Of a stretch of 64,000 nucleotides of DNA, positions 12,760-26,086 are shown one piece after another. Source of the DNA: Eledone cirrhosa (Eukaryota); contig OZ024743.1 in the NCBI GenBank assembly GCA_964016885.1, positions 354,268,001 to 354,332,000 on the forward strand. Reading direction: 5' to 3'. The notes under the pieces are model-generated. The model made no database searches, had not been told where the DNA came from, and saw nothing but the letters and a program-made list of their open reading frames with translations. The position numbers and the translations under genes are program-made. Each line of letters begins with the position of its first letter. Position 1 is the first letter of the stretch.

Positions 12760-12860
12760 TAGGTTGACTTTGCCTTTCATCCTTACGGGATCGATAAAAT
12801 AAAGTACCAGTGATGCACTGGATAATTGCTGGCCTTGTGCCTAAAGTAGAAACAATTATT
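12760..12860 (+). mobile_element. SINE family 1, 5'-truncated
   Basis: Matches the 3' half of 10553-10740. Confidence 0.85.
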
Positions 12861-12891
12861 ATTTATATATATATGTATATATATATATATA

Positions 12892-13032
12892 TTTGGGGAG
12901 GGTCATATTGTTGCAATAATTTTGCCAGAATTAATAACAGAACACACTCACTGTTTGGTTGGTTTTCGCTTCCGTATGTTTTATAACAGTTAATTTATTC
13001 GGTCCTCAATGTTTACCATTGACTGACCAACG
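12892..13032 (-). mobile_element. PLE terminal fragment
   Basis: Reverse complement matches 41410-41555; end motif gggagggtcat is shared with the PLE ends at 30102 and 32600. Confidence 0.7.
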
Positions 13033-13173
13033 TATATATATATATATATTAATAAGAGGAATTCCAACTTTGTCTGATTTACTCGTTTTATTTACAATCC
13101 TTTAAAATATATATAATATATAATGGTATTATAATGAAATAGTATGATAGAATAGTAAATTCTAAGTGTTAAT

Positions 13174-13212
13174 TGAACAAGTACTTTCATGCTTTCGCAA
13201 TCTTCAGGTTCA
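13174..13212 (-). ncRNA. Minimal type-I hammerhead ribozyme
   Basis: UGAAC CUGAAGA U-UGC-GAAA-GCA-U GAAA GUAC UU GUUCA; palindromic stem III AGUACU. Confidence 0.85.
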
Positions 13213-13586
13213 TGATATGTGGTGACAGTCGAGTTTGCAATTTTCAACTGTAATGAGATGGGTAAATTTCCTACCTTTTATACATTTTATACAGAGAAAA
13301 GTGGCTCCAGAATGCAAAGCCCTGTAAACTGTATTTCGACCAATCAGTGTGTAGTTTCACTGAATTACTACAGCTGATTGGTTTAAGCGTCACGGCTGGT
13401 TGAGCATGCTAACGACCAATAGTCATATCCAACGTATCAATTGTTTTGCTTTTTGAAATGATGAAAATACCATTTTCTATTAATCATCACCATCAACATC
13501 ACTTTTATTATTATTATTATTGTTGTTGTTGTTGTTGTTAGTGGTCGTGGTCATAGTGGTAGTAGAAGTAACACCCCTAGGCGTTA

Positions 13587-13877
13587 TTATTGTTCATTTA
13601 GCTTGGGTTTGAATTTATCAATAAAATTCTTTTCTTTGATTTTTCTCTTGATTTCACTTGGGCTGTGTAATTTGTAGAATGGGAATATTATAAATATTCC
13701 CTGACCACATGTTGCCAGGTGGCCACTTAGGGGTATCTGACGGACATTTGGGTCTCTGATTTGTTGACGGTGTACCCGTGCACGTTCCGATAGTGCATTT
13801 CCAGTTTGACCGACATATAGTTCTTCACAATTCGGGCATTTAATGCAGTAAATTAGATTTCTGCTTTTGCAGTTCAT
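13587..13877 (-). pseudogene. PLE GIY-YIG endonuclease domain (5'-truncated)
   Basis: CKSRNLIYCIKCPNCEELYVGQTG...R...H...E...N pattern. Confidence 0.85.
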
Positions 13878-13889
13878 ATTTGCTAATTC

Positions 13890-14557
13890 AGGGAGTTATT
13901 CTCAGCTAAGATACCTGGCGATGCGTGGACTCGGGGAACTTATACAAAAATATTCAGTGGATAGAAAAGAGCAAGCGGGGACTAAATTCCAGGACACTGA
14001 AAAAAATCACTGCCTTCTTGTTCGGTGGCAAATTCAAAAGAATCATTCACGTGACATCGAGGTTAATCAGTGAAGAGTGGGGTGTTAAGACAGTAGCCAA
14101 GCTGTTATTATGAACTACAGTAGTAATTTTGGCAAATTTTTACTCAACAAAACAATTTGGAGATAATTATTAAGAATTAGTATATCTACCAACATTTATA
14201 TATACAGATGTATACCCATGCAAGCAAATATATAGGTTTTGTCTTAGTAACTCTGTGGTTCAATGCAAGGGGATGCAGAACAATTATATGAAAAACGTAA
14301 AATAAGAAAATTAGAGTAATTAGCCTACTTACTTAAATTTCACCCCAACTAATTAGTTTATGAAATGGAATATACATAGAGATCATGGAGAAACCTTTTC
14401 GTCACCAGGGAGTCATTCTCAGCTAAGATACCTGGCGATGCGTGGACACAGGGAACTTATATGATCTCCATGTATATTCCCTTTCAGAAACTAATTAGTT
14501 GGAGTGAAATTTAAATAAGCTAATTACTATAATTTTCTTATTTTACGTTTTTCATAT
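13890..14557. repeat. Rearranged repeat: 55 bp direct repeat (13890-13944 / 14408-14461) and about 100 bp inverted repeat (14287-14387 / 14461-14557)
   Basis: Both duplications are visible by eye; the arrangement resembles PLE pseudo-LTRs. Confidence 0.7.
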
Positions 14558-14624
14558 ATATATATATATATTTGCAGCAATAAGCGCAAGTAGATCCCCT
14601 AATCATTTAAACTATCGTCTAAAC

Positions 14625-14911
14625 CAGTGTTTCTCAACCTATGGCAAAATGGGTTATGGAAAATTTCAAGTGGGTCACAGAAAAATTGTACAAATAAAAT
14701 ATTGATAATGAATGATTGTTTCATTGAAGATGCGAAATATTTTAGAAGCTTGTGAAATTGTGTGTCCACTAAATAGCCATAGTTGTATTTTTATTGCATA
14801 TATTATATGGAAGTAATGGAAGTAATTTTTGACACTATAATAATTTCATGGGCCACAGAAAAATTCTTGGTTCAAAGTGAGCCATGAATTAAAGAAGGTT
14901 GAGAAGCACTG
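14625..14911. mobile_element. hAT (Charlie-like) MITE
   Basis: TIRs CAGTGTTTCTCAACCT / AGGTTGAGAAGCACTG; 8 bp TSD gtctaaac / gtctaatc. Confidence 0.88.
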
Positions 14912-15261
14912 GTCTAATCCACTATTCCGCCCACTTAGAAAAACATATAAATACATATACAGAAAATAACAGCAACGTCAATAACTGCAGAGCAGCACTA
15001 TTATCAGCGCCGCCTTTACTTCCTTAACTAATTCGGTTTATACATTACAATTCATTGGGGTTGTTATAGGAGGCTTGCGAGGTTTTACTATGGAGCCCGC
15101 GGTTTTATTAAGTCATATAATCTAATCGCCAATATATTGTCAAACTGAAAAGAATGAGGCAAACGACAGGAGGTTTTTTTAACGAGTAGGTTTACTCTGC
15201 TTGTTGTTTAACGTCTACAGAGGCTAAGGTCACAAGTAGCTGCAAGATTCAAAATCAAGCT

Positions 15262-15408
15262 TATCCTAGATTTTCATCTGAGTATACTGGAACAACTTGA
15301 AATGAAGTGCTTTGCTGAAGAATACAACGGGCAAACCAGCCCAGGAATCGAACCCATGACGTTATGATCGTAAGACCAACATCCTTACCACTAAGCCACA
15401 CGCCTCTA
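15262..15408 (-). mobile_element. tRNA-derived SINE (family 2)
   Basis: A-box TGGCTTAGTGG and B-box GGTTCGATTCC followed by non-tRNA body sequence. Confidence 0.75.
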
Positions 15409-16063
15409 CTGCTCAATATATGACAGGTACTTATTATATCGATTTCGGAAGAATTAAAGTCCAAGTCGACTCTGATGAGATTTGAAATAATTAAATAAAT
15501 AGATACAATTGGTTGTATCTATTTATTTAATTTTTCCTGGCACTCTACTGATTCTCTCAATTCAGTGCACTCGGACACTAATTGTTCTCTTATGCTGTTT
15601 AGCACTCACCACTCGTCAGCTCCGATCGGGTATAGCTATAATCATAGGCCATCCAAATGAGACCATCTCATTTTACAGGTATAGTGCACCAAGGACGACA
15701 TGAGTACAGCTGATTTCTTCTTAGAGAGGAGGGGGAATTGAGCTCAGTATTGGACTGGTAGTTTTTTTTTAATTAACCTTGAAAGGATGAAAGGCAAAGT
15801 TCACCTTGGTAAACACTGATTTCACACACTATATCAACTAAATACTCTCTCTACTTGAGAGACACTATGAAATAACTGGCTGCTATTTCTAGCAAATTCC
15901 AGCGACGGCGTACAGGCTCCTTCTATGGCTTATCAGTTACCAACTAGTAACATAGTTTTGTATGATCAATTATACCAAAATCTCCTATATAACTAGAACT
16001 AGATTAATATTTTTGATGAGAGTATCCGAATGCATGTTCATGTGCTGATATATGCTATAACTA

Positions 16064-16233
16064 CCGTATTTCCCGGATTCGAAGACGCTATTTTTTTCCT
16101 AATATAAATCTCAAAAATCTACCATGTGTCCTGGAAGCCGAAGGTTGTTTATTATTTATTTTTTCAAAGTTTTGGTTGTCAAAATTAGGGTGCGTCCTCG
16201 AGGACGAAGCGTCTTCGGCGCCGGGAAATATGG
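16064..16233. mobile_element. Tc1/mariner-pogo type MITE
   Basis: TIRs CCGTATTTCCCGGattCGAAGACGC / GCGTCTTCGgcgCCGGGAAATATGG flanked by a TA TSD. Confidence 0.85.
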
Positions 16234-16257
16234 TATTTAAGGCAGAATAAAACAATA

Positions 16258-16606
<349 letters not shown>

Positions 16607-16900
16607 TGTATACAAATCACTTTGCATTGTTCCCGTTTGGAAAACCCCACCATTTTCTAGACTATTATTCACATATATTGTTTACATAGCCTAGTATAGC
16701 TCTGATAGAAATGGAAATCTCTAGCCAGGAAAGAAAAGCTGTAAGTTCCTCATTAGTTCACCATAGATTAACGTTTCTCCAATTCCAGGCGAGACATAAA
16801 CACCTGTTGGGCAACTAACCAGTGCATAACTTGTTTTCCCTGTTCCACATAGGATCGTTGGGCTTGCAACGAGTTGTCTTATTGTATGTATGTATGTATG

Positions 16901-17430
16901 TTATCTCTTTCTCTTAATTTCGAGTATTTTTTTTTTGACCGGCCACCTTCCTGGCGGCAAGGTTGTAAAAGAAAAGAAATTGTCATCCCTTGAATCGCAA
17001 GAATGTTTTGCAAATTTTGAAGGTGCCAGCTATCGCAGCCATTTGTAGACTATGAATTAGGGAGCTGCGCTTTTTGTCCGCAAATCCAAGTTCAGTCATA
17101 CTTTGGTCCAAGCGGGTTGGTATATAACCCGTAGCTCCAATAATGATGGGTATGAAGCTAAAGGTGTATCTTGGATACTGAATTTGTAAACTCCTCATCA
17201 ATGATCCGTAGATGTCCTCCTTCTGTATTTTTCTGACAACGTTTACATCAAGTGGGCAGCTGATCTCCACAACAGAACACGTTTTCAATGTGTCCCAAAC
17301 AACAATATCAGGCCGGTTGTGCTTTAATTTGGTGGCAGTTTTTATTTTCAGATTCAACCAGTATTCCTTAGTGCCATCTGTCTCAATATATTCTTCCTCG
17401 TTTGTTGTTAATTTTGTTTTCCGAAGTGCG
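16901..17430 (-). mobile_element. 5'-truncated copy of R4-like family A in (TACA)n
   Basis: Near-identical to 5971-6506. Confidence 0.92.
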
Positions 17431-17526
17431 TATGTATTTACGTATGTATGTATTTATGTATGTATGTATGAATGTATGTATGTATGTATGTATAAATGTA
17501 TGTATGTAAGTGTGTATGTATGTATG

Positions 17527-17937
17527 TTCTTCTGGTTTTATAATTTCACAAATTTTTTCCCAATAGAGAGAGATTCGGTTTCTAACATAGACGCAAGATT
17601 CTCTCATTGGAATTTACACACCATCAACTAGGTAGATATGTATGTCTGCATGTGTAGATATGGATGTTATTTTTGTATGTATGGATGTGTATGTCATATA
17701 TTATGTACATGGATGTCTTCGACATTGCTGTAGCTCTTAATGTGTTTATTATCGGGGCTATCTTTTTTGCATCGTACAGTGATTTGGTCACTACATCATG
17801 CCTCATAGGTAGATAGGACGGCGAAGACATCTTTGGACAGCTGCTGATGAAATGGGTGATATCTTCGATGTTAGTTCTGCAGTGTCTGATGTTAGGCCTC
17901 TGCCTCCCTGTTTACGTTTCAAGTAAAGGCGGTCTAT
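17527..17937 (-). mobile_element. Internally deleted R4-like family B copy
   Basis: IDRLYLKRKQGGRGL and YLPMRHDVV remnants; 3' end ...aaattataaaaccagaagaa then (CATA)n. Confidence 0.75.
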
Positions 17938-18098
17938 GTATGTACATTTGTATATATGTATATTTCCATGTATGTATATGTGCATGTATGTATGAATGTA
18001 TGTATGAATGTATGTATGTGTGTATGTATGTATGTATGCATGGATGTATGTACATTTGTATGTATGTATATTTGCATGTATGTATGTTTGTACGTATG

Positions 18099-19496
18099 TT
18101 CTTCTGGTTTTATAATTTTACAAAGTTTTACCAATAGAGAGAGTCTCTTCCTGGTGTTTTCTTATCTTGGAGTTTTCCTATCACAGTCTCAAGAGTACCT
18201 TCACTGATTTCGTATATTTTTGTTGTAGTATAGGAGAAATAGTTCTTTCGGATTTCTTTTAGCCACACTGCATCTTGGTTGAAATTCTTCTTTTCACCCC
18301 ATATTTTGCATTGTTTGCATGTAAGGAGCATTGTCACATATCCTACGATTTTTCGTAGGTCAGCAATCTTTTTTTTCTATTTTAGTAATATATGATGGTA
18401 TTTTTGGTGCTGTTTTGTTCTTGTTAATATCTCTGCTATCACCAAGATAATGCTTCACTGCCGTTGGTAAGGCATATAAACAGGCGTTGATTTGCAAAAA
18501 TGTTGGGGTTTTTATCCGTCGTAAATATTCATCCCCTATTTCGTCAATAACACGTAATATTTCATTATTTGGTTTTTTATTAAATATTATCGATTTAATA
18601 CGTTCAGCAAGAGAGATATTTATACATGAATTAATTTCTCTCTGGAAGATCTCGTTGAGGGAAATTTTCAATTGTTTATACTTTTGATTATTATCATTAT
18701 CGATAGTATTTTCCACTACAGTCGAGCTAGACTCGGATGGTACACATGGTGTCAAATTTCTTCGATTATTATTATTATTTCTTCGATAATTATTATTATC
18801 GATAGTGTTTTCCCCAGCATTCGAGGTAGACTTAGATGGTACAGGTGGTGTCAAGTTTCTTACAGGCATAGTTGTTTCAAGGCATTGTTGGACCTGGCTG
18901 CTAGGAAGGTTTAGTAGCATGGCGACCTGTAGCATGTGTTGTTGACCCCATGTTTATTGTGGGAGACTTACAATTAATAATATTTATCGTATTTTTACGC
19001 TCAACAAACGTCGCTTGTTAGCGTAATTATTTCGCTGTGAAATAATTTAGCTCTGGGTGTATTTCATCCCAGTGTAGCTTCATTCTGTTCATATAGCCAA
19101 CTGAGGGATTGTTTTTTGCCATTTTATAACAATTAAATAAATCATTATTCAGTTCGCAACTCCAAGAGAAATGCGATTTATAATTTCGGTTTCTTCTGTA
19201 GCTACAACTGAATAAAGTTTGTTTACCTTCCTTTTTATTTGTTTTCGGTACTTCTTTAATTTTGTTGATGTTGTGTTCAGCCATGCTGTTTGTAGCAAAT
19301 CCTTGTAAAATGAATTATGTATCTAGTCGGATATCTCTACGAATTCGAATAAAAGGTGTCTTCAGAAGATGTAGTTAGAAGAATAACCAGTTATTCAACA
19401 TGACTGTAGTTGTGGCATTACTGTCGGAGATAGTATTCATCTTAAATTTAATAAATAGTCTCCCACGACAAAATATGCGACTGATCGCGTTGACTG

Positions 19497-19497
<1 letters not shown>
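18099..19497 (-). mobile_element. R4-like family B copy retaining 5' UTR and N-terminus, RT deleted
   Basis: RNRNYKSHFSWSCELNNDLFNCYK...GYMNRMKLHWDEIHPEL is homologous to the family A N-terminus; the KTPGRD region is fused directly to the same 3' end as the 17527 copy. Confidence 0.8.
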
Positions 19498-19528
<31 letters not shown>

Positions 19529-19643
19529 TGTATGTATGTATGTATGTATGTATGTATGTATGTATGTATGTATGTATGTATGTATGTATGTATGTATGTA
19601 TGTATGTATGTATGTATGTATGTATGTACGTATGTATGTATGT
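19498..19643. repeat. (TATG)n microsatellite
   Basis: Directly visible. Confidence 0.97.
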
Positions 19644-19864
19644 ATTCTCTCTTTCTCTTAATTTCGAGTATATTTTTGACCGGCCACCTTCCTGGTGGCA
19701 AGGTTATAAAAGAAAAGAAATTGTCATCCTTTGAATCGCAAGAATGTTTTGCAGCCATTTATAGACTATGAATTAGGGAGCTGCGCTCTTTGTCCGCAAA
19801 TCCAAGTTCAGTTATATATTGGTCCAAGCGGGTTGGTATATAACCCGTAGCTCCAATAATGATG
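19644..19864 (-). mobile_element. Short 3' copy of R4-like family A
   Basis: Matches 5971-6216 with a small deletion; (TATG)n on both sides. Confidence 0.9.
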
Positions 19865-19987
19865 TATGTATGTATGTATGTATGTATGTATGTATGTATG
19901 TATGTATGTATGTATGTATGTATGTATGTATGTATGTATGTATGTATGTATGCATGTATCTATGTATGTATCCATGTATGTATGCAT

Positions 19988-20110
19988 TGTACCAGAGTTT
20001 TCAAGTCGCTGGCTGGACTAAAAAGTCACACTCGTTCAGCGCATCGGTAAGGGTTCTCTTACATGGATATAAAGTAGTGGCCGTACTCGAAAACGAGTTG
20101 GCATCCCCCA
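19988..20110 (+). mobile_element. 3' tip of RTE-derived non-autonomous element
   Basis: Matches 26574-26697. Confidence 0.85.
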
Positions 20111-20246
20111 TATATGTATATATACATGTATTTGAACATTTGTGAACATTTATAAGTAGCATGTATGAACACATTTATATGTATAGATGTATGCAGTTTT
20201 GTATGTATGCATGTATGTATGTATGTATGTACGTATGTATGTATGT

Positions 20247-20806
20247 GACCAAAGGCACTGCACAAAGCCAGTCCCACTCTCTTAACCAAGATGATATTTA
20301 CCAAAAAGAAGAACAAGTCAACATCATTGGATACCATCAGGGTTGCAGGTGTTATATCAGAGTTTTCCTTCTCCTAGAATTCTGCCTTGACAAAGGCTAA
20401 GGGGTCATCTCTCCCGGTGATTTTGGATGGCCATTGACTCTTAAGAGCTTCTTTGCCCTTTGACAGGTTTTGTTTTTAGTCCTGCAGGATGTCCAAAGTC
20501 ACCCTCCTCACCAAGAAACCTTGGTGGGGTTGCCAATTTAGTCTCCAACGACCCGACCATGAGACGTATAAAAGCTTCACGGCACAGGCATTGCTTTATA
20601 TCTGGAGATCTCTCTGCACTTGTTGTCACATGGTACCATGGGCCCAGCACTATGTGTCAATAATTGTGACAAGTGTAGTGTTTGTACCAGACTTTTCAAG
20701 TCGCTGGCTGGACTAAAAAGTCACACTCGTTTAACGCAGCGGTAGGGGTTCTCCTACATGGATATAGAGTAGTGGCCGTACTCGAAAACGAGTTGGCAGC
20801 CATCAT
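20247..20806 (+). mobile_element. RTE-derived non-autonomous element with inverted 5' segment
   Basis: 20247-20565 is the reverse complement of about 26137-26457; 20567-20806 matches 26458-26698; (GTAT)n tail. Confidence 0.85.
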
Positions 20807-21001
20807 GTATGTATGTATGTATGTATGTATGTATGTATGTATATATGGTGGAAATTGTAGTTTACTTGAAGCATTGCGTAGTTAGGTATAAACGTTTGGA
20901 GTTATAAGTCCAGAACAATGCAGGTATGGATATAGAATATAAATGCAAATGCAAAAGATATTGTTGACAATTAGACTTTTACCTTAAATTTATTTGAATA
21001 T

Positions 21002-21036
21002 CCTTAATTTTCGAGATAACATCTCTTCTTCGGAGG
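21002..21036 (-). ncRNA. Degenerate minimal hammerhead
   Basis: CCU CCGAAGA A GAGAU-guu-AUCUC GAAA AU UA AGG; U4C core change. Confidence 0.45.
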
Positions 21037-22137
21037 GAAGTAAAGGGGTTAATCCAGTCTTCTAATTAACTTGCCAAGCAATGACGACATTGATGCTGAC
21101 AGATACTAAAGTGGATGATGTCGGTTAATGATGATGATGGCAATTATAATGGTGAATACGATGATACTGATGATAATGGTGGTGATAATGATAGCATGTC
21201 GATAATGATGATAAAGAGGAAAAGATTGAAAATGATAATAGTGATGATGAAGCGGACGTGGGGGATAATGAGAAGAAAGAGAAAAGATGATGATAATGAT
21301 GATAATGATGATGATGATGATGATGATGATGGAGGTAGTGGTGGTGGTGATGAGATATATAACTTTTATCATGCACGATTGATTAATTAGAAAATGCGGG
21401 TTCAAGTCACACTAACTACACACTTCCGATGATCTATCAAGAAAAATCATTTGTGTCTGCAGGCATATATAGGTTTAAACATGTTCAATCATAAATTATT
21501 TCTACGAGTTTCCTCTACAGTAAAAGTAAATTTAATTATTTATTAGAACCTGAAAACGCAACAGTGAAAATATGAAGCAACGTGGTGTCTTGTATGTGAG
21601 CATTTGACTTGCTAGATGTAGTAGTCAAATCTCATTCCAACAACATCTTAAAAAAAAAAAATGTCTCTCAATTTATATCCATCTTGCTATAATAATAAAA
21701 AGAAAGACGCCATTGATAATGTAGTACTAGACACATTGTCTTTAAATAAGATGGGATGTTCATGTCTGGAACACTTTGAGAATACAATTCTTTGATAAGA
21801 GCTGGCTTGTTGCTAAACACTAATAACATACTGTGTAGAACAGATTATCGTTATTACTCTCACCACCAATACCAACATACGCAAAAAAGTAAGCCCCTAC
21901 GTGGTCATTCAGCTTTCTAGAAATAGCCGGCAAATTTCACTAAATGACATCCCACTATCTTGGGAAAGGAAAGAACACATTATATAATGTAGTTCTAGAT
22001 CTTTTATCATAGGATTGCTTAATAAACGTTTACGTGGGGGGGGGGGGTCTAAGCAACAACATCAATATCACTACCACCACTAGCATCTTAACCAACTTGG
22101 CTGCAAGAGTAATCTAATATCATTATTACCATGTCAG

Positions 22138-22527
22138 TGGTGCATTGGCAGAATTGGTAGAGGGTTGGACATACTTTCCAGCATAGTTACGTCCCTTTAC
22201 GATCTGAGTTCAAATCCCGCCAAGATTAACTTTGCCTTTCATCCTTACGAGCTCGATACAATAAAGTACCAGTAATGTACTGGGTGTTTGCTGGCCTTGT
22301 GCTGAAAGTAGAAACAATTATTACCATGTCAGTAAGGCGGTGAATTGGCAGTATCGGTAGAGAGTTGGACACCATGATTTGAAGCATAGAGTTACGTCCC
22401 TTTATGATCTGAGTTCAAACCCCGCCGAGGTTAACTTTGCCTTTCATCCTTACGGAGTCGATAAAATAAAGTACCAGTAATACACTGGGTAATTGCTGGT
22501 CTTGTGCCAAAACTAGAAACAATTATT
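22138..22527 (+). mobile_element. Two tandem SINE family 1 copies with triplicated TSD
   Basis: attattaccatgtcagt occurs before, between and after the two copies. Confidence 0.9.
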
Positions 22528-22892
22528 ACCATGTCAGTTAATCAACTCTTCTTTCCCCAAATCATCAACAATTCAACACCCAAGAAACAAGAACAACACA
22601 GCAGAAACACCCCCTCTATCACAACATTGGCTATGGAATGACATCGAAGACATAATCTAAATCGTTAGCTTAATAAAACAATGTTATGAAGATGCATAAA
22701 TCTATGCATTAAAATAGAAATATAAACCTTTATAAAAACGTAGAATCTCCACAGGTGTCACTAAATGGAAATATAATCGCTATACACCACCAGTATCAGT
22801 TGCATCGCTATCGCCAACCATAGCTATAAAAACATCGTCTTCAAAAACACCACCAACACTATCACGTCACTGTTATTAACAACTATCAACTA

Positions 22893-23082
22893 GGGCGGTG
22901 GATTGTCAATATCGGTAGAGGGTCGGACGCCATGCTTTGATGCAAAGAGTTACGGCCCTTTCCATTCTGAGTTCAAATCCCGCCGAGGTTAACTTTGCCT
23001 TTCATCCTTACGGGGTCGATAAAATAAAGTACCAGTAATACACTGGGTATTGCTGGCCTTGTGCCAAAAGTAGAAACAGTTA
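22893..23082 (+). mobile_element. SINE family 1
   Basis: Full length; TSD gttattaacaactatcaac. Confidence 0.92.
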
Positions 23083-23777
23083 TTAACAACTATCAACACT
23101 CTAACCAAAAAACAACAAAAACTAAAATAAAAAAATAAAAAAATGCACTAGAGAATTAAAAACAAAACTACAGCAAAACATTCCGAGTTTGTTCTTTATA
23201 AGAAGACTAAAAATAATAAATAATGGTACCATAAAATACCTGGATGTAAGGTAAGAAGAAAAATGGCGGCAGTTAGATGGATGTTAAGCAGTCGGCTGGT
23301 TACGAGTTAATATTTCATTGGATTAAAATAAAATAAATATTAAGCTCACAAGTTACTGGGTCATATGGGGAGGTTGTGGAGGTTACAGTGGCCGTGGTGA
23401 TGATGTTGGTGATTAAGGCGTTGGTGGTAACTGTAGTGGAAAAAGTAGTGGCAAAGCTTGTGTTGATAATGGCGGTGTTCGTAGTAGTGGTGATGTTGGT
23501 GGAGGTCTTGATGCTGAGGATGTTAGTATTGGTTTTATTGTTGATAGTAGTGATGATTGTGCGAGTAGTGGAGATGAGATATATTGTTGCGGTAGCGATG
23601 AATTAGTAGAGTTCGTGGCTCGATTCAATCAGCGCAACTACCATAAAAAAAAACAACGGTGAACCAATGGAAGAAACTAAAAAGTAATCGTTCGACCTGT
23701 TAGGAATAGCAGTCAAACCTACTCCAAACCACATCCTACTGTCTTTAAAAAAAAAACGAAAAGACATTAAATAAATG

Positions 23778-23962
23778 TTACTACTTTTGGCACAAGGCCA
23801 GAAATTACCCCAGTGCCTTACTGGTGTTTTATTATATAGACCCCGTAAGGATAAAAGCTAAAGTTAACGTCGGCGGGATTTGAACTAAGAACGTAAAGGG
23901 CCATAACTCTATGTTTTAAAGCTTGGTATCTGACGCTGTACCTATACTGCCAATCCATCGTC
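23778..23962 (-). mobile_element. SINE family 1 (older)
   Basis: Diverged full-length copy; flanking duplication aaagacattaaataa. Confidence 0.8.
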
Positions 23963-25281
23963 CTTCAAAGACATTAAATAATGTAGACCAACGTATATAT
24001 TCGAATAAAACGACCAGCTGGTTATGGTTAGAATATATTCAGTCATATGTCTGCTAAATCTGGTCTTACTTGAGGCTAAACTACCACTTGCTTAACCGAA
24101 GCTAAAAGCTGGTCATCTTGTGAGAAATAGCAGTTAAATCTCCCTCAAATTACATGTCACAAAAAAGAACATTGTATAATCCAGTGGCAGATGCAAAATG
24201 CCTCAGGATGGGATGGTATTGATTGGAATAAATTTGATCCTATGTCAGACCAGACAGAACTGACCTGGGTCTAAACAACAATAACAGCATGACGACTACC
24301 AAGCTATACCACCATTACTTCCCACTACAGCTGCTATTACAAGGACGTTCACCAGTACGACTAATGCAACACTTCTAATACCTGTATCAGAAACACTAAT
24401 GTTTTTACCACTGCAAAAAATATCAATGCTATAAGAGTCAACGAAGGAGCCTTTAAGTGGTTCAGCGGTCTGCTAGAAAAACCAGTCAAATTTATTTCAA
24501 ACTACACTATATGGAACATTAGCTAATGTGGTCTTGGAAAAGACGGGATGGCTTCAGCGGAAACGGCCATGATTAAAGGTCTGCTCGAAAAATGGCGTAA
24601 CTATAGGTAAGTCACATCGACAAATAAATAGTGTCAACAATACCCCCACAATTAACAACAACAACAATATTACGACCACCATCTTGAAAAGCACAACTCC
24701 TAAATATCGATAACAATATCACCACCAATATGACAGCTACTATTGCTAAAAAAGACCCCGTACAATAGTCAATGCGGGTGCCTCGTTTTGATTGCTCGAA
24801 TTGCTAGAAACAGTAGCCAGATCTGCCTTAAATCGTACCATTAAAGAAAGGTCACATTGGATATCATGTATCTGGATTTCCTCTACATTGGAAAAAACAG
24901 GATGGTCACGACTGGAATGCATTTGATCATACGTTGGCTCAATCAGTGTTGATCTGGTGTTAAACAAAAATTACATAAAAAAGTGACATATATTTACTCG
25001 ATTTTGACTGTTTTGTGGGGTTGGGGGTATTTGTATATTTTCCGTGGAGAGGGAGGAAACATGTATTTGATGGGTATATACCCATTCGCTCTATAAACGT
25101 AGTCATTCAACCTGCAAGCTAAAGCACTCAAATATCCTTCATATCATCCTTACCATTTTAGAAAAGGATAAAATGAATACATTAATTCAAACTATCCATC
25201 ATAATTTTATGTAACGAAATTTTAAATGCTGCTCCAGAAACCAGCTTAAAATTTAAGTTAGTTATTTTACTTAGTACACAA

Positions 25282-25470
25282 GGGCAGTGGTTTGGCAGTA
25301 TCGGTAGAGAGTCGGACGCCATGCTTTCCAGCATAGTTACGTCCCTTTACGGTCTGAGTTCAAATCCCGCCGAGCTTCACTTTGCTTTTCATCCTTACGG
25401 GGTCGATAAAATAGAGTACCAGTAATGTACTGGGTGATTGCTGGCCTTGTGCCAAAATAGAAACAGTTAT
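25282..25470 (+). mobile_element. SINE family 1
   Basis: Full length; TSD agttattttacttagtac. Confidence 0.92.
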
Positions 25471-26086
25471 TTTACTTAGTACTTAAAAAATCTTGATTAT
25501 ATATATGCAGTGTCTTTCATTAAATATATGGTAGCGAAAATATTAAAAACGGTTAAATTACGTTGAAAGATGTTGACCCCACATAGACAGTCTAAAAATA
25601 TAATAAAGATACAGAAAAAACCGGATGGTTGCGGCTGGAATGCTTTTTATCATAGGTTTGTTCGATTAGCGCTCACCTGGGTGTTAAACAACAACAGTAA
25701 TAACATTAGAAACGACTGTCACAGCAACTGCAACTACAACATAAACAATTAGAAAAAAAGTTTAGTAGAATTCAATAGTGAGAGGGTGTTAGTGAAAGGG
25801 TAAAATGGATTGTAAAGTGTCTAGTTGAACAAGTGTCAGCAGATATTAAATTCAATCCACTGTCTCCTTACTTTAAAAGCCTCCTAATTAGACACATCTA
25901 TATACATTAGTTTACATATCCACACACATACACGTGTGTGTATATATACGAGTGTGTCTGTGGGCTTATAAGTATGTATGTATGTATTATGTATGTATAT
26001 ATGTAGGTATTATGTATGTATTATGTATGTATATAAGTATGTATGCATGTATGTATGCATGTATGTATGCATACATACATGCATTA

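Larger units (their letters stand above)
13050..13885 (-). mobile_element. 3' part of a Penelope-like element (GIY-YIG plus pseudo-LTR with hammerhead)
   Basis: GIY-YIG ORF 13587-13877; 13050-13250 is homologous to the arms of the 60187-60567 palindrome. Confidence 0.85.
21580..25700 (+). mobile_element. Cluster of old diverged short interspersed repeats (about 8 fragments, same strand)
   Basis: Recurrent ctagaaatagcag.caaatct...ggatggtcacg.ctggaatgc.tttgatcatagg...ctgacctgg..ctaaacaacaa; also at about 1735, 35700 (minus) and 36540. Confidence 0.65.

Noticed and set aside
14461-14510. GAAA-CTAATTAG-TT hammerhead-like stem III
   Set aside because: No CUGANGA or pairing stem II.
15330-15408. 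tRNA gene
   Set aside because: A and B boxes only; it continues into a SINE body and I could not draw a clean cloverleaf.
19330-19372. CUGAAGA with possible stem I in the R4 family B 5' UTR (minus strand)
   Set aside because: Stem II does not pair and GAAA is GAAU.
21106-21405. His-rich or Asp-rich ORFs (also 47149-47412 and 23376-23628)
   Set aside because: Degenerate trinucleotide repeats.
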